Made by a program: the position numbers and the translations under genes. Below the pieces are notes generated by a model. That model was given only the letters and a program-made list of their open reading frames with translations. It had not been told where the DNA came from and made no database searches. A stretch of 38,853 nt of DNA from a virus (lineage: Duplodnaviria > Caudoviricetes), in IMG/VR virus record IMGVR_UViG_3300044466_000024, positions 1-38,853 of that record. One strand, given 5' to 3'. This document shows, one piece after another, positions 34,135 to 38,853 of the stretch; position 1 is the first letter of the stretch; each line of letters opens with the position of its first letter.

Positions 34135-34350
34135 TCAGGGAACCAACGCCTTACGCTTGCGCTTGATCGTGTGGGGATCCCGAGACGGCCGCGGCGTCGT
34201 ACCGGCCAACACCCGCGCGTTATCCTTCAACTCTCTGGGATCGAGAATCGCCGGCGCGGGCCCACCGAACCGGCGAGGCACACATCCACCCGTGTCCGAG
34301 AAGACGCAGTAATTCGCCGCATCGCACTTAACAGTCAGACAGCTCGGCAT
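34135..34350 (-). CDS. Small Cys-containing hypothetical protein, 71 aa
   Basis: ATG 34350 coupled to the ATPase stop. Confidence 0.55.
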   Translation of the reverse strand: MPSCLTVKCDAANYCVFSDTGGCVPRRFGGPAPAILDPRELKDNARVLAGTTPRPSRDPHTIKRKRKALVP

Positions 34351-35285
34351 CAGAGCAGCCTCTTGGGCGGCCACGCGATGTCAGCGATCCGATCCAAGGC
34401 GCGGCGTGTGTCAGACCACAGCGGCGGCTGCTGCAGCTCCGGGGGCGGGGCAATCGACGTGATGACGTGCGCGAACACTGGCTTTGGTGAACTCACGTCG
34501 AAATGCAATTTCGAGCTGAGCACCAGCGTGCGCTTCATGCCCTCCATCAACTGACGCAACAGACTCGGGCTGCAGTTACGCGTTTCCGTCACGAGGACGT
34601 CGATAGCGGCGTCATCAAGATCAAACGGCATCGCGTACTTGCGAAGAATCGAAAAACGCTCCGCGTCGCCGGGCAGGTCCACGGAGATTTGCAACCCGAA
34701 GCGGCGCCACATGGCCGGGTCCAGCATGTCCTTCGTGTTCGTCGCCGCGAGCCCCACGCCACGATAGGCTTCGATGCGGCGCAGCAGTACGGTGAGCGCC
34801 TGGTTGCGTTCCTGCCCGGCGCCGCCGCCACCGGTCGCCTTCACGCGCTGCTGTGCAATCGCGTCAAACTCATCCAATAACAACACGCAGTGCTGCTCGA
34901 GATGCACGAGGATGTCAAAGAGCCGTCCGAGGTTCCCACCGGTCTCACCGAGAAAAGACCCGACGATCCGCTCCGACGCCACCGCGACGAGCGGGAGCCC
35001 GAGCCGCGCAGCTAGGTGATGTGCGAGCGTCGTTTTACCGGTACCCGGCGGCCCATACAGGAGCGCGAGCCGGCGCGGCTCAACCTTCACGGCAGCAAGC
35101 GCGTCGGTATGATTGATTTCAATCAGCCACTCATAGATGGCATGCGCGACAGAAGGGGCTAAGATCGGCTCGTCCACATCCTTGGGATACATGACCTGCG
35201 CGAATCGCTGGACTTCCTCAAGCGCCTGCTCGATGACATCCCGATCGCCAGTCGCGGTGATCCGAAGCGGGGCCGCCGTCGTCAT
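34350..35285 (-). CDS. AAA+ ATPase (classical AAA clade), 311 aa
   Basis: GPPGTGKT, VLLLDEFD, AATN, LDPAMWRRF. Confidence 0.93.
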   Translation of the reverse strand: MTTAAPLRITATGDRDVIEQALEEVQRFAQVMYPKDVDEPILAPSVAHAIYEWLIEINHTDALAAVKVEPRRLALLYGPPGTGKTTLAHHLAARLGLPLVAVASERIVGSFLGETGGNLGRLFDILVHLEQHCVLLLDEFDAIAQQRVKATGGGGAGQERNQALTVLLRRIEAYRGVGLAATNTKDMLDPAMWRRFGLQISVDLPGDAERFSILRKYAMPFDLDDAAIDVLVTETRNCSPSLLRQLMEGMKRTLVLSSKLHFDVSSPKPVFAHVITSIAPPPELQQPPLWSDTRRALDRIADIAWPPKRLL

Positions 35286-35599
35286 GCTGCCCCTCTCTCA
35301 GCGCCGCTATCCTTGTCTCGCTTGTCGGCCGGCGCTGTTGCGTCGTCCGGAGGTTTCCCCGCTGCCTTTCGTTCACCTGATGCGATCGCGCGCTCAACAG
35401 CCGGCAGCACGGCTTTAACCTGGCGTTTCGGCCGGACCCCGAGCACCATCGCGTAATGCGATTCCAACGGCCGCAGCGCCCCCATCAACCTGCTCACTTC
35501 ATCGCGTTCGATGTCGAGATCAGCGAGCCATCGCTCACAGACCGTGATCGCTTCCGTGATGGGATTTTCGTGCCTAACAACCATTCGCAGCCCTCGCAC
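35282..35599 (-). CDS. Hypothetical protein
   Basis: Coupled to the ATPase; helical N-terminal half. Start 35599 or 35584. Confidence 0.6.
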   Translation of the reverse strand: MRGLRMVVRHENPITEAITVCERWLADLDIERDEVSRLMGALRPLESHYAMVLGVRPKRQVKAVLPAVERAIASGERKAAGKPPDDATAPADKRDKDSGAERGAA

Positions 35600-35804
35600 G
35601 CCCCGGCTTCCGCTGGATCGTTCGCTGCACGTTCAGGCCACGACGCCGCGCCACGGCGGCGGCCCGCTGTGTCGGCGTCACCGCAAACGAGCCATGCCCA
35701 CGTCCAGCCGCCTCGCCGCGATTCACCGCGTACCGCGACGCGACCTCGCGCGAGAACTCGACGTGTCCAAGGCCAAGCCACCAACTGACCAGCACATCAG
35801 GCAT
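35574..35804 (-). CDS. Hypothetical protein, 76 aa
   Basis: Fills the operon gap and overlaps both neighbours. Weak evidence. Confidence 0.45.
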   Translation of the reverse strand: MPDVLVSWWLGLGHVEFSREVASRYAVNRGEAAGRGHGSFAVTPTQRAAAVARRRGLNVQRTIQRKPGRARAANGC

Positions 35805-36078
35805 CGAGCACCGCCGTTAATTGCCCACGTAACGATTCCGCCCAAGCCCGCGACACGATGCCGCGCACCCGCTGCGCCCCAATCCCCCGCCGGCGCGCGA
35901 ACGTCACATCGACGAATACCCCGCGCGGCGCCTTCGAGACGGTCAACGCCTTGACGTGCCCATAGAGATGGAAATCGGGCGCCGCCGCCCTCAGCGCCTT
36001 TTCCAGCACGGCGTAGGCGTCCATGCCCGTGAGTTCATCGCTGGCGCGTTCGTTCGCTGGAAGCGATTTCTGCGCCAT
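35797..36078 (-). CDS. Hypothetical protein, 93 aa
   Basis: TGATG coupling. Confidence 0.65.
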   Translation of the reverse strand: MAQKSLPANERASDELTGMDAYAVLEKALRAAAPDFHLYGHVKALTVSKAPRGVFVDVTFARRRGIGAQRVRGIVSRAWAESLRGQLTAVLDA

Positions 36079-36239
36079 CACTGCACCACAACGGGCTCAG
36101 CCCGGCAGACGACGTGCACGGTGCTCATTTCTGGATCGGCATCCGACGGCACGGTGTAAATCGCGTGCTCGTCATCGCCCTCGATCGGTATCACCCGGAG
36201 ACACGTACGGCACTGCATCAGCAGCTTGCAGGGTTCCAT
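36078..36239 (-). CDS. Small Cys-rich protein, 53 aa
   Basis: MEPCKLLMQCRTC...HVVC. Coupled on both sides. Confidence 0.6.
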   Translation of the reverse strand: MEPCKLLMQCRTCLRVIPIEGDDEHAIYTVPSDADPEMSTVHVVCRAEPVVVQ

Positions 36240-36604
36240 CAGCGTGCCCCGTCCTGTGGCTGCGCGTCCCATGCCTGCATCGCGGCAATCCGCCGGGCCA
36301 TGTACTCGTGACGCGCGTCGGGGCTCGCGAACCCTTCGGAGGCGTCCGCGGCGTGGCCGAGCATGAAATCCCCGAGCGTGGTATTCAGCGACGTCACCAA
36401 CACCGGCAGCAGAAAGGCGCGGTCCGGTCGATCCGCCAGCAGCACCGCCGCGACGTCTCGCACGAGCGTCTTCGCGGCCGTCACGCGCTCCGGGCTGAAT
36501 CCGTACTGCGCCGGCGCGATGTAGGCCGGCACGTCGAAGGGCTGATGCACCCGTGAGAGATGCACCGGTTCGGGCTCGACATCGAAGAGCGGTTGCTGGC
36601 TCAC
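36239..36604 (-). CDS. Hypothetical protein, 121 aa
   Basis: GGAGG RBS, GTGA overlap. Confidence 0.7.
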   Translation of the reverse strand: MSQQPLFDVEPEPVHLSRVHQPFDVPAYIAPAQYGFSPERVTAAKTLVRDVAAVLLADRPDRAFLLPVLVTSLNTTLGDFMLGHAADASEGFASPDARHEYMARRIAAMQAWDAQPQDGAR

Positions 36605-36717
36605 TTGCGAACCTCCGCGATCAGCTCGCGCAACACATCGAGCGGGTTTTCGATTTCGATCACGGTTTCGCGTGGTTCATCGCTGACGTCCGGCCCGAAC
36701 AGATCGCCTTCGCTCAT
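36601..36717 (-). CDS. 38-aa acidic peptide
   Basis: MSEGDLFGPDVSDEPRETVIEIENPLDVLRELIAEVRK. GGAGG RBS, coupled on both sides. Confidence 0.6.
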   Translation of the reverse strand: MSEGDLFGPDVSDEPRETVIEIENPLDVLRELIAEVRK

Positions 36718-36953
36718 CTAGCGCCCTCCGCGCGGGCGATGGCCTCTCCGATCAGACATCCGCCTACGTGCGGATGAGTGCGTGGAGATTCGGGCCGAGC
36801 GCCACACGGGCAAAACCGCTCAGCGACCCTCAGCGCCGCCAGCAAGTCATCACGCTCAGCGCGCAGGCGATCAACTTCGGCGCAGATGCCGTCAACGGCT
36901 CGATGTAACCTGGAGAAGTCAACAGGGCTGGAGTGTGTTGGCGTGTGCCTCAC
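36714..36953 (-). CDS. Hypothetical protein, 79 aa
   Basis: GTGA overlap. EVDRLRAERDDLLAAL...CPCG...H...C...AIARAEG. Confidence 0.65.
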   Translation of the reverse strand: MRHTPTHSSPVDFSRLHRAVDGICAEVDRLRAERDDLLAALRVAERFCPCGARPESPRTHPHVGGCLIGEAIARAEGAR

Positions 36954-37414
36954 CGGAGCACCCCCACCCGGATCTCTTCCCCGACCTTCCGCCACTTCCC
37001 GAACTTCCCCCCGGGCAAGGCGGCGCGCTCGAAGAATGCACACGGCCCCGAGCAGTACTTGCGCGTGAGCGGCACGACCTTTTTGTGCATGGAGTGAATC
37101 GACCGCGGGCCTTGATGAGTGAGGTAATCGAACGTGATCAGATTGGTCACGGTGGACCGCAATCCGTGGTCACCTCCCATCCCTTTCCCTCGGTAATGCG
37201 CCGACTCGAGGCGTTCGCCGGCATTGGGATTGCCAGGCCAGCGGTTGCGATAGCCGTCGCGTATCCGCGCTTCCGCTTTGGCGTCCTTCTCGTTCGAGCG
37301 ACGCTCCGAACGGTCCTTGCGCAACTGCAGCCGCGATGTCCCCTTGGCCGGTTTCGGCTCGGCTCGGCGCTGCTGTTGCACCTCGGCCAGGGTCGGCAGA
37401 TCGGAAACGCCCAT
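36950..37414 (-). CDS. Degenerate HNH-like protein, 154 aa
   Basis: RIRDGYR.RWPG...LESAHYRGKGMGG...NLITF...H...IH. Start taken at ATG 37414. Confidence 0.65.
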   Translation of the reverse strand: MGVSDLPTLAEVQQQRRAEPKPAKGTSRLQLRKDRSERRSNEKDAKAEARIRDGYRNRWPGNPNAGERLESAHYRGKGMGGDHGLRSTVTNLITFDYLTHQGPRSIHSMHKKVVPLTRKYCSGPCAFFERAALPGGKFGKWRKVGEEIRVGVLR

Positions 37415-37447
37415 GAGAACCCCCGTATCAATTGTCGGTAAGAGATG

Positions 37448-37633
37448 AATGCTGCCGGACTCTCCCCGGCCGTCACGCCTGATTGACTTCACGCTGGCGT
37501 CCGCGCTTGGCGTCCCCCCGTGGCAAATGGAGCCGGGCGCCGGTCTTCCACCGGCATTGGGCGACCCAGACGTCATCGCGATCCATATGGAGCGCTCTAT
37601 CTGGCCGCTCGCCTGTCGCGAGTCAGCCCCGGC
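37448..37633 (-). ncRNA. Structured non-coding region: tRNA-like cloverleaf ending in CCA (37633-37528) plus a second hairpin unit
   Basis: GCCGGG/CCCGGC closing stem followed by T-CCA. Arms CTCGC/GCGAG, CCAGA/TCTGG and GCCGG-TGGAAGA-CCGGC. Second unit has ACGCC/GGCGT and GCCGG-GGAGAGT-CCGGC. Confidence 0.6.
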
Positions 37634-37641
37634 ACGAACCC

Positions 37642-37974
37642 TTACAGCTCGATACGGTTCACCAGCGAATCGAGCCGCGAGATCGCGTAATCGAGACGTT
37701 CATTCAATTCGGAGAGACTCCCGGCCAGCGATACCGGTGCCGGCGACCGCTTATCAGCAGCATTGCCGCCGGCTGGCGGCGGCGCCGGACGCACGATCGC
37801 TTCGATGCGCCGCTCCAAACCGCTAATCAGCTCATGCAACTGTTCCGTGCGTTTCGAGAATCCAACGACCTGCTCAGATACCGCAGGTATACGCTGTGCT
37901 GCTCCCGGCGGCGACGCGTAACCAACCGATTCACCAGCCATCGCGAGCGACCCGTTTCCACCACTTCCGTACAT
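37642..37974 (-). CDS. Coiled-coil hypothetical protein, 110 aa
   Basis: GAAGGGAG RBS before ATG 37974. LHELISGLERRI...LDSLVNRIEL. Confidence 0.75.
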   Translation of the reverse strand: MYGSGGNGSLAMAGESVGYASPPGAAQRIPAVSEQVVGFSKRTEQLHELISGLERRIEAIVRPAPPPAGGNAADKRSPAPVSLAGSLSELNERLDYAISRLDSLVNRIEL

Positions 37975-37991
37975 GTGCGCTCCCTTCTCAC

Positions 37992-38339
37992 TCAATTGGT
38001 TCCGACGAACTGCCCCCCGACGTACGCGTACCCGCGACCGACGAGCGATCGATGCCACGCACACGTGGGACAACCGCAGACCGGACCACCGGCGCCGCGC
38101 TGAACCGCTTGATCGCGTAGAGCCGCAGGGAGAACGCAATTCTCAGCCTGCGATGCCGGCGCGCCCTCAGCCAGGCTTTCCATCTCCGAATCGGATTCAT
38201 GAGGGTTTTCTCCAAAAACTGCCGGCGCGCAGCACAGCGCCACCAGCCAACACACCGCGACCACGATCACGACAATCTCGAGGCCAGTGAGCGACGCCCA
38301 CCACGCCGCGAACCAGTCCACCGGCATGAAGGGCGTCAA
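37992..38339 (-). CDS. Single-TM protein with C-terminal CxCxxC
   Basis: GGAGGGGAGG then TTG 38339 overlapping the upstream stop. LEIVVIVVAVCWLVALCC; CGCPTC. Confidence 0.55.
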   Translation of the reverse strand: MTPFMPVDWFAAWWASLTGLEIVVIVVAVCWLVALCCAPAVFGENPHESDSEMESLAEGAPASQAENCVLPAALRDQAVQRGAGGPVCGCPTCAWHRSLVGRGYAYVGGQFVGTN

Positions 38340-38746
38340 TCGAGATACCCTCCCCTCCGGCCGTTGCGCTTGAAGTCGTAAACCAGTTGACGCCCCGACC
38401 GATACGCCGCGCGCATCGCGCGATCGTCCCGACGGTCGCACTCGTGACAGAACGTCGCCGACATCAGCGGCCGGCCAGTCTCGAACTGCCGGCGACATTC
38501 TTCGCAGTGCCCCACGTGCGTGTGCGTGTCGTTCGTTTGGCAGCCGGCTTGACAGTAGTCGGCCGGCTCGCCGTCGACGAGCGCGCGGAGCTGGCCACCG
38601 CACCAGCGGCACAGCGCGGGATCCTCCGGCATCGGCGCGGTGGGCGCCCAGGTCTTCGAGGTCCGAAGTGCCGTACTGTTGCGCGTCGCGTTCTGTTCCG
38701 CGAGGTAGGTGTTGAGCGTGGCGCGCGCCGATTTCGTGAGTGCCAT
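38336..38746 (-). CDS. Multi-CxxC Zn-finger protein, 136 aa
   Basis: CRWC, YCQAGC, CEEC, FCHEC. TAATG coupling. Confidence 0.7.
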   Translation of the reverse strand: MALTKSARATLNTYLAEQNATRNSTALRTSKTWAPTAPMPEDPALCRWCGGQLRALVDGEPADYCQAGCQTNDTHTHVGHCEECRRQFETGRPLMSATFCHECDRRDDRAMRAAYRSGRQLVYDFKRNGRRGGYLD

Positions 38747-38853
38747 TACGCCACCGCCGCTGCTGCGCGTTCCCACTGACCGCCGATGGCGATAGTGAAA
38801 TCGCGCTCGACTTCCGCGAGAAACGCCGACACCTTCGCCCCGTAGGCCATCAC
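38746..38853 (-). CDS. C-terminus of a probable YqaJ/lambda-exonuclease family protein (5' partial)
   Basis: VMAYGAKVSAFLAEVERDFTIAIGGQWERAAAVA*. V..FLAEV resembles the terminal helix of YqaJ-like recombinases; only 35 aa are visible. Confidence 0.5.
   Translation of the reverse strand: MMAYGAKVSAFLAEVERDFTIAIGGQWERAAAAVA

Larger units (their letters stand above)
1..38853. mobile_element. Temperate P22-like podophage genome segment, excised (attP) configuration
   Basis: Complete head-tail-lysis module, cI/cro switch, int fragment, and att core flanked by phage genes on both sides. No host housekeeping genes. Confidence 0.93.

Noticed and set aside
37630-37640. GGTTCGTGCCG at the 5' flank of the tRNA-like RNA as antisense to leader copy 1 (10 of 11 match)
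   Set aside because: Short, mismatched, weaker against copy 2 and overlapping the acceptor stem; not distinguishable from chance.

Overview
High-GC temperate phage DNA, probably most of a genome, with a P22-like podovirus morphogenesis module. Almost all genes are on the minus strand. Read from right to left, the window contains early genes (a probable YqaJ-like exonuclease C-terminus, small Zn-finger/HNH genes, an AAA+ ATPase, a replication initiator); then TerS, TerL, portal, scaffold and P22-type coat; head-decoration genes; gp4/gp10-like tail proteins; ejection proteins; a tail fiber; six consecutive signal-peptide genes; a lysis cassette with a Tlde1/DUF2778 enzyme; attP (3' half of tRNA-Ala CGC); and the cI/cro switch. 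Phage genes lie on both sides of the att core, consistent with the excised form. The most unusual observations are: (1) six adjacent late genes in the tail position that all carry Sec signal peptides cleaving before Gln; (2) a two-copy structured leader/terminator in front of the scaffold-coat genes and of the secreted-protein genes; (3) a CCA-ending tRNA-like non-coding element; (4) a repressor N-terminus joined out of frame to an integrase C-terminus, apparently by deletion; (5) a small antisense two-helix membrane gene, absent from the ORF track, at the position P22 sieA occupies. All family assignments come from motif recognition by eye; no database searches were run.
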